From positions 32,001-96,000 of the forward strand of contig CAWCKW010000003.1 in the NCBI GenBank assembly GCA_963796285.1: DNA of 64,000 bases, written 5' to 3'. Source of the stretch: Nitrospirota bacterium. Lineage in GTDB: Bacteria; Nitrospirota; UBA9217. The notes beneath the pieces are model-generated. The model saw nothing but the letters and a program-made list of their open reading frames with translations. It made no database searches and had not been told where the DNA came from. The position numbers and the translations under genes are program-made. Below, in pieces: positions 52,185-62,597 of this stretch; within the stretch, counting starts at the first letter, position 1; each line of letters begins with the position of its first letter.

Positions 52185-53344
52185 ATGAAAAGGTTCGGTA
52201 CTGTTATAGGTATCAAGATCGGTTTAGCGATTTTTTGCGCTTGTATGCCATTGTCCGCGCCGGCATTCGCCGAGGACGCGAAACCGGCAGGTCTTACCTT
52301 CGATGAGATGAAAAAAGCTCTCGGTTTGAGCGTCTATGTGCAGACAGGATATACGTACAACGGAAATGCAAGCAGTCTCACTAATGTCCCCGGTGATCCG
52401 GGCTCGGAAAATAACCTGCGCGGTTACGACCACAAGGCAAACAGCTTCGGCCTCGATCTGGCGGAGATCGTGTTCGCCAAAGACCCCGCGGCGAGCGTGA
52501 TCGGCTACAAAGTGAAGGTTTCGGCGGGAGAAACGGCGAAATTGATGCATGCGACAGGTTTGGGAACTCAACCGACAGGAACGGCGAATCCCGAATCGTT
52601 TGATATCACGGAAGCCTACATCAGCTACACCGCGCCGATCGGCAAGGGACTGCGATTTGATATGGGGAAGATGGCCACGTTCGTCGGCGCGGAAGTGATA
52701 GAGGCCATCGACAACCCGAACTATTCCCGGTCATTCCTGTTCGTCTTTGCGGAACCGACGACGCATACCGGTGTGAAGGCAAGCTATGTATTCAACGACA
52801 ACGTGAACGCGGCATTGTTCGTAGTGAACGGCTGGGACAATGCAACGGACAACAATAAGGGCAAATCGGCCGGTGTGAGCGTCAATATCGCGGCGGGCGA
52901 TCCTTTCTCCGCGTACATCAATTATCTGCAGGGCCCCGAGAGCGACAACAACAATCATGACAATCGGTCGCTTCTCGATCTCGTTGCCACGATCAAACCC
53001 GTAAAGCCTCTGTCCATCATTTTGAACTATGACAACGGCAAGCAGGACAACAGCGGCGCATCTTCGGTGAAATGGAGCGGAATTTGCGGGGATCGTAAAA
53101 TATGATTTCAACGATACCTACAGCATATCGGTTCGGGGCGAGTCCTTTGACGACAAGGACGGCTTTCAGGACAGGCACGTCGCAGAAGTTGACCGAAGTG
53201 ACGGTGACGCCGGAGATCCGGCTAGCCGGCGGCCTGATCGTGCGGCCGGAATACCGCCACGACTCATCGGACAAGCAGTCCTTTGACAACGGCACGAAGA
53301 AATCGCAGGACACGATCGCGCTCAACGCGATGTATCGCTGGTAA
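52185..53344 (+). CDS. Outer-membrane beta-barrel porin (two +1 frameshifts, ~53084 and ~53165)
   Basis: Signal peptide, GKMATFVGAEVIEA..NPNYSRS..HTG..VNGWD, RPEYRHD, C-terminal aromatic YRW. Confidence 0.8.
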
Positions 53345-53362
53345 CGTTATTTTATCTTTGCC

Positions 53363-53409
53363 GTTGATTCGGTTGGGTTGCGCCTTGCAACCCAACCGAA
53401 TCAGCATTT
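53363..53409. terminator. Long hairpin between convergent operons
   Basis: gttgattcggttgggttgc gcctt gcaacccaaccgaatcagc. Confidence 0.7.
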
Positions 53410-53574
53410 TGGAATATTCGTGAGATCTTACTCCCACCGTGCGTCATGTTCCGTCCGTTCAATCATAACTCCAGGTTGAATTCTCCGCCGCTTGAGCGTG
53501 TTAGTTTATTACAACAATTGACACCATCACCTTGTCGTCAATTGATTTCTTTCCGATGAGTATTTTCAGAAATT

Positions 53575-54297
53575 TTAAGTCTGATCATTTTTTCCCTTAT
53601 GGAGACCATGGGCAAGAAGGTCAGGCCTTACTCTCGAAATGAACTGTATTACTGAGCCGGTAATGGCACTCTCAATAATCCAGCCGATGCTGCCGAGCGA
53701 GAGCACAATCACCGCAAATGTCCGAATGGATGAGCTCTCCGGTTCGCCGAGATGTTCATGGGTTTGGTCGATCACGCCGCCCTCATGTTCATGATGGTGT
53801 GCAAACAACTCCGCATCTACATGTGAGATGCCGACGATACCTATCAGGAGCAGTGATGCGAAAAAGAGTGATAAAACCGTCGACACTGCAGCGCTCCAGA
53901 ATACGGGCAATCTCGTTCTGAACAGATAAAACAGGGTGTGTCCAAGAAAGGCTTCGGCGCCAAGCAGCAAAGTATTGAGACCGACGACGGTAATACCGCC
54001 ATGACCGACCATGGCGAGCATTAGATTAACGATGAACGCCGCCATGAATCCCAGGGATGGCCCGAGCAGTATGCCGGCAACAACCGACATATTGAGGTGA
54101 TAAGCGATAGGCAGAATCTCCAGGCTCATGACAACGAGCATCACGGCAGCTAGTGCCCCCAACAAGGGGACCTTTTTCTTCATATCCGCCTTCCTCAAGC
54201 GGAACATGCTCAGAGCGAGGAACAGCGACATCAGTAGGAAGCCCGAAACCCACAGCCAAACAGGGAGAATACCATCAGGAATATGTATGTGCGTCAT
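53575..54297 (-). CDS. CbiM/NikM-like ECF S component with a His-rich loop
   Basis: HIPDG near the N-terminus, GILLGP, GHGGITVVGLN, HHHEHE loop. Confidence 0.85.
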   Translation of the reverse strand: MTHIHIPDGILPVWLWVSGFLLMSLFLALSMFRLRKADMKKKVPLLGALAAVMLVVMSLEILPIAYHLNMSVVAGILLGPSLGFMAAFIVNLMLAMVGHGGITVVGLNTLLLGAEAFLGHTLFYLFRTRLPVFWSAAVSTVLSLFFASLLLIGIVGISHVDAELFAHHHEHEGGVIDQTHEHLGEPESSSIRTFAVIVLSLGSIGWIIESAITGSVIQFISRVRPDLLAHGLHKGKNDQT

Positions 54298-54310
54298 GAC
54301 GCTTTCTCCT

Positions 54311-55201
54311 TTATGTTTTGTGAATCTGTCGTAAACCGCCCGCAAGAAGCCTGGAGACTAACCAACCTATCGCATAGAGTACGCCAAGGAGGACAACATC
54401 CGTCGGGCCGACCGGCAAATCCCATTGATATGCGGTCCAGAAACCGAAAAACGCGGTCGCGCCGCCGATCAAAGAGGCCAGCACCGTGAACTGGCGCATG
54501 TTGCGAGCAAATTGATGCGCAATCAGCGCGGGAATCAGCAAAAATCCGAATGCGATGAGCGGACCGACGCTGAGCACAGCCATCGAGACGGTTAATCCAA
54601 TCAGCAGGTAGAGCAACACATCCCAGAAAACGACTTTTTTGCGAAGAATAACCGCCATGTCGCGGTCGAATGAGACGAGGAGCAACTCCTTGTGGAACAG
54701 TCCCAGTACTGCGAGGACGACCGTAAGCGTTGCCGCCGTCAGCACGAGATCGAAATTGGAGATGGTGATGACCTCCCCTTTCAGCATATCGAGCCAGCCG
54801 ATTTCTCCGTAAGGGTTTTTTGACAGCACTAAGATGCTGAGCGCGGCGGCCACAACGTAAGCGGTGCCGAGCCGTCCTTCAGCTTGTCCGCGCCCGCGTC
54901 GTTCCAGGAATGCCAGCACCAGGATCGCGGTCAGCGAGAACAGTATTGAGCCGACAAAGGCGAGCGCGTGCGCGCTGTGTGAGCCGTGCTCGGTCAGCTT
55001 GAATCCAAGCCACAGAGGAAGCGAGAGAGCGATTGCAACGCCGGTCGAGGAAATCTGGGGCAATGCCACACCCATGAACACCAAGCGGCGCATCACGAGA
55101 AACACGCCAACGAGCGGGCAGGCAAAGCCGACAAGCACGCTGGTATAAAGCGAGTTACGAAGTAGAAAATCAAAAGCGAGAATCTGGTGTAAGGTTTCCA
55201 T
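54311..55201 (-). CDS. Metal (Zn/Mn) ABC transporter permease
   Basis: VGVFLVMRR, KELLLVSFD, DLPVGP. Confidence 0.9.
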   Translation of the reverse strand: METLHQILAFDFLLRNSLYTSVLVGFACPLVGVFLVMRRLVFMGVALPQISSTGVAIALSLPLWLGFKLTEHGSHSAHALAFVGSILFSLTAILVLAFLERRGRGQAEGRLGTAYVVAAALSILVLSKNPYGEIGWLDMLKGEVITISNFDLVLTAATLTVVLAVLGLFHKELLLVSFDRDMAVILRKKVVFWDVLLYLLIGLTVSMAVLSVGPLIAFGFLLIPALIAHQFARNMRQFTVLASLIGGATAFFGFWTAYQWDLPVGPTDVVLLGVLYAIGWLVSRLLAGGLRQIHKT

Positions 55202-55202
55202 A

Positions 55203-55916
55203 TCAGCCCATCCCTATTTCAAATATTTCCGCTAATCGTTCGGCTGTGAGTAGTTCGCCTGCTGCCCCGTGAAAAACCTTGCCCTCGTGAAGCCAGATCA
55301 CTTTTTCAGCATAGTGACGGACGGCCGAAAAGTCGTGCGTAACGAGCAGCACCGTGATTTTCCTTTCCTTGCAAGTTTTCGAAATGAAATCCAGCACAGC
55401 GGTCGTTGCCTCACGGTCTACCCCCGCCGTGGGTTCGTCCAGCACCAGCATGTCGGGACGTGTGGCCAGGGCACGGGCGATGAGCACGCGTTGTTTCTGA
55501 CCACCCGAGAGTTCGGCAAAGCGCTTGTGGGAAAAAGCCTCCGCACCCACTGCATGCAGACACTCGCGCGTGAAGGCGCGTTCGACCGGCGGGATAAGCC
55601 CCCCCGAACGTATGCGACCATAAACACCCATAAGCGCGACATCGAACCCTGTGAGCAGATACACCGGGTCGAACTGATTGGATTGAGGGACATAGCCGAA
55701 CGTAAGCGGTCCGCCCGCAGATGCGGTATCGATGCGGCCTGAGACCGGCGGCAGCAGTCCGAGCAGCGTTTTGAGCAACGTCGATTTGCCCGAGCCGTTG
55801 GCCCCAAGGATAGCGGTGAAGCTTGCCCGGGAGATGGAAAGCGTAAGCCCGGACAGCACCGGCTGGCCGTTGTAACCTATGCTCAGGTTATCCAGTGTTA
55901 TCAGTGATTCATTCAT
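55203..55916 (-). CDS. Metal ABC transporter ATP-binding protein
   Basis: GANGSGKS, GYVPQ, LSGGQKQR, LDEPTAGVD. Confidence 0.93.
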   Translation of the reverse strand: MNESLITLDNLSIGYNGQPVLSGLTLSISRASFTAILGANGSGKSTLLKTLLGLLPPVSGRIDTASAGGPLTFGYVPQSNQFDPVYLLTGFDVALMGVYGRIRSGGLIPPVERAFTRECLHAVGAEAFSHKRFAELSGGQKQRVLIARALATRPDMLVLDEPTAGVDREATTAVLDFISKTCKERKITVLLVTHDFSAVRHYAEKVIWLHEGKVFHGAAGELLTAERLAEIFEIGMG

Positions 55917-55970
55917 AGTCTGTTATATAAGTGTCCGCCCGAGAACCCGGACGGACACTCGCTCCTGTCT

Positions 55971-56903
55971 TTATTTCCTTGCTTGCACGGCATCTACCAT
56001 CGTGTGAACAATATAGTCCATCATCTTAATATACGTCTCTGTATTCGGCACGCCGCCCGGCATGATAGGCAGCGTTACCATGGTCGCGCCGGTCTGTTCG
56101 GCGATATTTTTCGGCGCCTTTTCCGGAAACTGCGGCTCGCGCACGACGATGGCAACATGTTCGGACTTCATCGCTCTGCTTAATTCCTCAATGTGACGCG
56201 GGGTCGGATCGATGCCAGGCTTCAGTTCGATCGTGCCGAAATAAACCAAACCAAAGCGCTCCGCAAAGTATGGCCAGTGCTCGTGATAGGAAACGAACTT
56301 CACGCCTTGGAGCTGTTTGGCCGCCGTCTTCCATTCGGCAATCTTGGCATTGAGCTTGGCGAGATAGGCATCGCGATTACGGGTGAATTCTACCTGATGT
56401 TTTGGGGCAAAGTCTACGAACGCGTTGTAGATATTCTCGATGGCGGTCTTTGCCAACACCGGGTCGAGAGTGTAATGCGGGTTGCCATAGGGATGAACGT
56501 CGCCCTGATAGTGGTCGGTCGATTTGGGCACATCGCGCGGGATGACGCCCTTGGAGCAGTCCACATAGCCAGGCGTGCCCTTCTGGATGCGGGGATTCTT
56601 ACTCGCCTCCAAAAGCGCGGGCAGGAATGCATGTTCACAATCGAACCCGATTAAAATCATCAGGTCCGCCCGGTTCATCATCGGGACATAGCTCGGCTTC
56701 ATCGGGACCCCGTGCGTGTCTTCGACGCCGGTGGCCAGGCTTTTGACCTCGACTAAGTCTCCGCCAACAGCGCGTGCAAAATCAGCGAGGTCGGTGAGCG
56801 TCGTAACAATCCTGATTTTATCAGCATGAGCGGGCGTCGCCCACCCGCACAAGGCCCCGGTGAGCGCAATTATCGATATCAATGTAAATAATTTGGATTT
56901 CAT
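55971..56903 (-). CDS. Metal ABC transporter substrate-binding protein (ZnuA/TroA cluster A-I)
   Basis: EDTHG, GDVHPYGNPHY, YHEHWPYF, KPGIDPTPRH. Confidence 0.92.
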   Translation of the reverse strand: MKSKLFTLISIIALTGALCGWATPAHADKIRIVTTLTDLADFARAVGGDLVEVKSLATGVEDTHGVPMKPSYVPMMNRADLMILIGFDCEHAFLPALLEASKNPRIQKGTPGYVDCSKGVIPRDVPKSTDHYQGDVHPYGNPHYTLDPVLAKTAIENIYNAFVDFAPKHQVEFTRNRDAYLAKLNAKIAEWKTAAKQLQGVKFVSYHEHWPYFAERFGLVYFGTIELKPGIDPTPRHIEELSRAMKSEHVAIVVREPQFPEKAPKNIAEQTGATMVTLPIMPGGVPNTETYIKMMDYIVHTMVDAVQARK

Positions 56904-56925
56904 AGTATATCCCTCCTTCTTAGAG

Positions 56926-58200
56926 TTAGCGAGACTGCCACCCATGCGAGTGTGCGCCGATGATCCACGCCCATTGCAGATAAACGGCGTCATCAGGGCG
57001 CAGGCCGGTCGCGGCATTGTTGTCGGTGTGCGTATATTGAAGGCGCAGCTGGTTCCAGTGGCTCGTTGCCCAGGTTATGTTCGCGGATTCCGCGGAGGTT
57101 TTGGCCTGCTTGTTTGCCATGTCCTCCACTTGTTCATATTGGACCCCGGCTATCCATTGCCGATGGAACTTGTATGTGATGTAGGAGTAAAGGCCCAGGG
57201 ATCTGACGGAGCCGCTCGGCAGGGCGTTGCCGGAGGGGTCCGTCACATCATAACGGTTGTCGCTTTGGAGCACTTCCGTGCCCCAGGTGATGGTCTGGAA
57301 CTGATTATTGCGAAGAGGCTTCCAACTCAGCATCACGTCCACTCCCACGAGGCGCCGCTCGCGTTCGGTAAAGGTGTTACCGCCTACGGTTGGAAACGAT
57401 GGATTCGCGGGGTCGGGGTTCCACTGCGCGACTGTTCGCGGATTCCAGAGGCCCGAAATGCCCGGTTCGAACGAGACATTGGGTGTCAGGTCAAAATAGG
57501 TGGACAAACGGCCCCAATAGTTCAAGCCGCTACCGTTGCGGTTATCGCCGACAAAGTTCGGTGGATTGTCGCCGCCGAACTGGTCGCCCGCGCCGAGCGT
57601 CAGGCTGATGTAGTGGTCGACCGGCACCAGCCAATTAACCTGCAGCCCGTCCGTCCTCGCCTCGCCGCCGATGTATCGGTCGAGCACGAGTTGACGATTC
57701 ACGAAGGGCAGCTCATGATCATGGATGTAGCCCAATCGGCCGAATTCTCCGAAGAACCGTCCCGCCTTTACCTCCAGGTTCCCGGGCAGAGACGTCGTCT
57801 GGAGCGCTGCCTCTTCGATCCCCCAGCTCTCTTCGCCGGTGACCGGATCGGCTGATCCGTTGACCACTATGTAGCCCTTCGCGAATGGATCTATTGACGC
57901 GGCTGCGTTCAGTTCCACCGAACGTTGAAATATATCAACCCCGCCGGGCCGGTCGCTGCCCGTATCCGTTGACCCTTTGCTGCGATAGGAGAAGATGGTC
58001 TCGCCTACGAACCCGATGGCCGGGTTGAATATGCTTGGAATTTCCCTTTTTTGCGTTTCGGACAGTTGATCAATGGTTTGTGATTGTTCCTGCACCGTGT
58101 CTTCGAGCTTCTTGAGCCGCTCCGCTGTATCGTCGGCAAAAACCGCCCGGCTGAACGAGCAGAAAGTAAGAATGCAAATAATGCACAATACTCGTTTCAT
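56926..58200 (-). CDS. Outer-membrane beta-barrel protein associated with metal ABC uptake
   Basis: Signal peptide plus coiled coil, FNPAIG, ELNAAASIDPF, HDHELPFV, C-terminal GAHSHGW. Confidence 0.8.
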   Translation of the reverse strand: MKRVLCIICILTFCSFSRAVFADDTAERLKKLEDTVQEQSQTIDQLSETQKREIPSIFNPAIGFVGETIFSYRSKGSTDTGSDRPGGVDIFQRSVELNAAASIDPFAKGYIVVNGSADPVTGEESWGIEEAALQTTSLPGNLEVKAGRFFGEFGRLGYIHDHELPFVNRQLVLDRYIGGEARTDGLQVNWLVPVDHYISLTLGAGDQFGGDNPPNFVGDNRNGSGLNYWGRLSTYFDLTPNVSFEPGISGLWNPRTVAQWNPDPANPSFPTVGGNTFTERERRLVGVDVMLSWKPLRNNQFQTITWGTEVLQSDNRYDVTDPSGNALPSGSVRSLGLYSYITYKFHRQWIAGVQYEQVEDMANKQAKTSAESANITWATSHWNQLRLQYTHTDNNAATGLRPDDAVYLQWAWIIGAHSHGWQSR

Positions 58201-58341
58201 AAGTTCCTCCGTGGATTCGAATAGGACAGCTACGGCGAGAACGCGCGAAAAAACCATCATCAGCATCCCGATCAATAAAGGATTAGCTTGAATGCGCGTA
58301 TCTCACAAAGCCTATGTTGGTAGTACGTGGGAATAGAGGAA

Positions 58342-58630
58342 TTATGCCGGGGGGCCGCGAGTGCTGCGAGAAAGAGGAAAAGAGCTTTTCGATAAGAGCG
58401 GGAGCGGAAGCAACTAATGTTGTTTCGGATAAACAGGGGATGCCATCAAAAGGAATTATTGATGGCCCGGTCGCGGACTGATGATTGCTTGCAACGCAGA
58501 TGGGGCAGTCGTGATCGTCATCAGTATTTTCGTGGTGATGCGAAACGGCAACAAGCGTGGAAAGAAGGAGGAGCAGTGCAAGTAGTGCGGCAAATCTATG
58601 GTGTGCATTCATGGTGCTTCTGTTTCGCAT
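58342..58630 (-). CDS. DUF2946-like leader protein (TM, HHH, CPIC, C-terminal RGPP after correcting a +1 insertion)
   Basis: SHHHENTDDDHDCPIC. Removing one base near 58372 gives ...RSTRGPPA*. Confidence 0.75.
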
Positions 58631-58636
58631 GAATAT

Positions 58637-58665
58637 AGATTAAATGGTGTGGCAAGATATGTCAA
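58637..58665 (-). promoter_or_regulatory. Sigma70 promoter, apparently leaderless
   Basis: TTGACA-N17-TAATCT, 6 nt before ATG 58630. Confidence 0.65.
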
Positions 58666-58849
58666 GTATTTTAAACAAACGCACAGGACCGTTTTATGAA
58701 CAGCGATATCATTCTTTAAGAAATCTTCCTGCTTTTGTCCCTTTTTTAGTAGCATTTTTATGTGGTTAAGATTAATATTGTTTCTTGTACATGACGATGA
58801 AAATTGTGCGAAGATAACATAATGATGTTATCTTTCGGAGTCAAAAGCA

Positions 58850-61545
58850 ATGGAAGAACGCAGACCTGATCCCGACCAGCTTCTCCATCGGGCACGCGAA
58901 GAGGAAGAAAGAAAACGAGAGGGGCAGCTGAAGATGTTCTTCGGCGCCGCGCCCGGTGTCGGGAAGACCTATGCCATGCTCGAGTCCGCCAGGCAGAGGC
59001 GCGCCGAAGGCGTCGACATCATCGTCGGTCTTGTCGAGACCCACGGCCGTAAGGAGACCGAGGCGCTCCTCGAGGGCCTGGAAATACTCCCCCGCCGGAA
59101 CGTTGAATATCGCGGCGCTGTTCTGAAGGAGTTCGATCTCGATAGCGCCCTTCGCCGCAAGCCCGCAATCATGCTCGTTGACGAACTCGCCCACACGAAC
59201 GCACCCGGCTCCCGCCACAAAAAGCGCTGGCAGGACGTGTACGAGCTGTTGGGCGCGGGCATTTCCGTCTACACCACCGTGAACGTGCAGCACCTTGAAA
59301 GCCTCAACGACGTTGTCTCCCAGATCACGGGCGTCAATGTACGAGAGACCGTGCCTGATTTTCTCCTGGATCGTGCCGACGAAATTGAGCTCATTGACCT
59401 GCCTCCCGACGACCTGCTCCAGCGTTTGCGGGAAGGCAAAGTGTACATGCCCGAACAGGCCGCCGCGGCAATCGAGAATTTTTTCCGCAAAGGCAACCTG
59501 ATCGCTCTCCGCGAACTGGCCCTCAGGCGCACCGCCGACCGCGTGGACGAACAGATGCAGGTCTACCGGCAGGACAAGGGGATCAAAGCTATCTGGCCAG
59601 CCGGAGAACGTATTTTGGTCTGTGTTGGCCATAATCCCCGCTCGATCCGCCTGATCCATGCCGCGCGAAGACTGGCAGCCGGCCTGCGGGCAGAGTGGAT
59701 CGCCGTGCACGTGGAAGCGCCGTCACGGGTCCGGACCTCGGAAAGCGACATAAAACAGCTGGGCGACCACATGCGGCTCGCGGAAAGTCTCGGCGCGGAA
59801 ACAGCGGTGTTGAGCGGCCAGCGGATGAGCGAAGAAGTCATAACCTACGCACGCAGCAGGAACGTGAGCCGGATCATCATCGGTAAACCGACCCATGCCC
59901 GCTGGAAGGACAAATTGTTCGGTTCCCCCCTGGACGAGATCGTGCGCGGCAGCGGCGATATCGATGTCTATGTCATATCCGGCGATGTTGCCGAACTTCA
60001 TTCGCATACTCCTGCACGGTCGCGTATCCGTTCCTGGCGCAAACGTGAGTTCGTCTGGAGCATCCTGACCGTGGCCGGCTGCACCGGCCTTGCCCGGATC
60101 ATGTCCCCCTATTTCGAGCGGCTGGACGTGGCCATGATCTATCTGCTCGGGGTCGTGCTCATATCAAGCAGGACCAGCAAGTGGCCGGCCCTGTTCACCA
60201 CGATCATGAGCGTGGCAGCCTTTGATTTTTTCTTTGTTCCGCCTCTTTATACATTCGCGATCAGCGACGTGCGATACTTCATTACGTTCCTTGTCATGTT
60301 CCTGGTCTCCTTCATCATCAGCAGGCTCACACTCCGGGTGCGGCAGCAGGCTGAATCGGCAAGGCTGCGCGAGCGCAGGACCGCGGCCCTGTACAGCATG
60401 AGCCGCGAGCTCGTCCGCGAGCGCGGCACCAAACGCCTCAGCGAAATCGCAATACGGCATATGAGCGATATGTTCGACAGCGATGTCGCGATCCTGATCC
60501 CGGACGAAGGCAGGCCGTCTGAGTGCAGACAGGCGCCGCCGATGCCGTCTTCACACCCGACCAGCAGGAGCTGAGCGTTGCCCAGTGGGTTCTCGAGCAC
60601 CGGCAGGCGGCAGGCTTAAGCACGGACACGCTGCCCGGGGCAAAGGCATTATATCTTCCGCTCGTCGCTTCATCGGGCGTAATCGGCGTCGCCGGCATTC
60701 TGCCGAAGAACGCCGGCGACGGTTTCGAACCTGAACAGTTCCACTATCTCGAGGCCTTCGCGAACCAGACGGCCATTGCGATCGAGCGGTCCTTCCTGGG
60801 CGAGGCGGCCCAGCGCGCCATGCTGAAGGCCGAGACGGAAAGCCTCAGGAACACGCTCCTCAGCTCCATCTCACACGATCTGCGTACGCCGCTGTCGGCC
60901 ATCACGGGCGCGGCGACGACCCTCCTGGAGAATGACGCGGCCATCGACTCCGTCGGCCGCCTTGATCTTCTCCAGACGGTCCGCGAAGAGGCCGACCACT
61001 TGAACAGGATCATAAAAAACGTACTCGACATGACGCGGCTCGAAGCAGGCGCCATCACCCTGAACAAAGAATGGCAGCCCCTTGAGGAAGTCGTGGGCGC
61101 CGTGCTCAACCGTCTGGGCAACCGCCTCAATGATCATCCCCTGACCGTAAAACTACCGGGGAACCTTCCGCTCATTCCCTTCGACAGCCTGCTCATGGAG
61201 CAAGTGCTCGTGAATCTGTTCGACAATGCCATCAAGTACACTCCCAAGGGGACGCCGCTTGAGTTGTCTGCATCGGAATCGTTCTACACCGTGACCGTCG
61301 AGCTGGCGGACCGCGGCCCCGGTATCCCTTCCGGGGAAGAAGAGCATATTTTCGACAAATTCGTGCGAGGTCTCGGACCGGGAAGCGGTGTCGGACTTGG
61401 CCTCGCCATCTGCCGCACCATCATCGAAGCCCACGGTGGTAAAATATGGGTGGAGAACCGCGAGGGCGGCGGTGCGGCATTTCGATTCACGTTATCAACG
61501 GCGGGATTGCCGCCCGCGCCGAAACAGGTAGAGGAAGATGCCTGA
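58850..61545 (+). CDS. kdpD: Sensor histidine kinase KdpD (frameshift at ~60510-60522)
   Basis: GAAPGVGKT, VDELAHTN, Usp domain, 4 TM, GAF, SHDLRTPL, GVGLGL. Confidence 0.95.
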
Positions 61546-61637
61546 ACAAGGGAACACGTGTATGCGCAGAAGTCTTGATGCCGAATCCGCATCAACACTT
61601 TCACTCTTTATCGCGTAACCGACACTGATATTCAATC

Positions 61638-62345
61638 ATGCCTGACGACAAAGAACTCATACTCCTTATCGAAGACGAGCCGCAGATGCGGCGTTTCCTG
61701 CGGATCACGCTCCAGACGCAGGGCTTTCGCCTTGTGGAAGCGGCGACCGCGCAGGAGGGTCTGATGCAGGCGACAACACGCAACCCCGACATCGTGCTGC
61801 TCGATCTCGGCTTGCCGGATCTGGACGGACTGGAAGTTACGAAGCGGTTGCGCGAATGGACGCAAACGCCGATCATCGTCATTTCCGCGCGGGAACAGGA
61901 GCAGGACAAGGTCAAGGCGCTGGATGCGGGCGCTGACGACTATCTCACGAAACCGTTCAATGCAGGGGAACTGCTGGCGAGAATCCGTGTCGCATTACGG
62001 CATGCGGCAAGGCAAATCACTGATCAGAACGAGCCGGTCTTTACCATACTGAATCTACGGGTAGATCTGGCGCTGCGGCAGGTATTCGTGGACGACAAGG
62101 AAGTGCACCTGACGCCCATTGAGTACAAGCTATTGATGGTGCTCATCCGGCATGCAGGCAAGGTCATCACTCATACCCAACTTCTGAAGGAAGTATGGGG
62201 GCCGGCGCAGGTGAATGAGGTCCAATATCTCCGTGTGTACATGACACAGCTTAGACATAAACTGGAGGCGGACCCCGCGCGGCCGCGGTTCCTCATGAAC
62301 GAGCCGGGGATCGGGTATCGCCTGAAATACGATCCCGAAGGGTAA
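61638..62345 (+). CDS. kdpE: Response regulator KdpE
   Basis: LLDLGLPDLDG, HLTPIEYKLL, YLRVYMTQLRHKLE, EPGIGYR. Confidence 0.95.
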   Translation: MPDDKELILLIEDEPQMRRFLRITLQTQGFRLVEAATAQEGLMQATTRNPDIVLLDLGLPDLDGLEVTKRLREWTQTPIIVISAREQEQDKVKALDAGADDYLTKPFNAGELLARIRVALRHAARQITDQNEPVFTILNLRVDLALRQVFVDDKEVHLTPIEYKLLMVLIRHAGKVITHTQLLKEVWGPAQVNEVQYLRVYMTQLRHKLEADPARPRFLMNEPGIGYRLKYDPEG

Positions 62346-62597
62346 GGCGGACTCGCTTGCCAACATGCGCATAAAATAGACATATGCTTAATTTAGAGCC
62401 ATCTGTTACGAACGATCAGTATCCTTATAAGCGTCGAGACATTGGAGAATCAAGACCTTAGCGAAACAAAGTTCGTATCATATCAGGCACAAGTCTTGCT
62501 TTAGTATTAAGGTTCGAATTGCGATGACCGTTGATTAAGCATCAGGGTATCAACGGGCATCTTTTTTGGCTGTGCAGCGTTAAAGGAGAAATATTTC

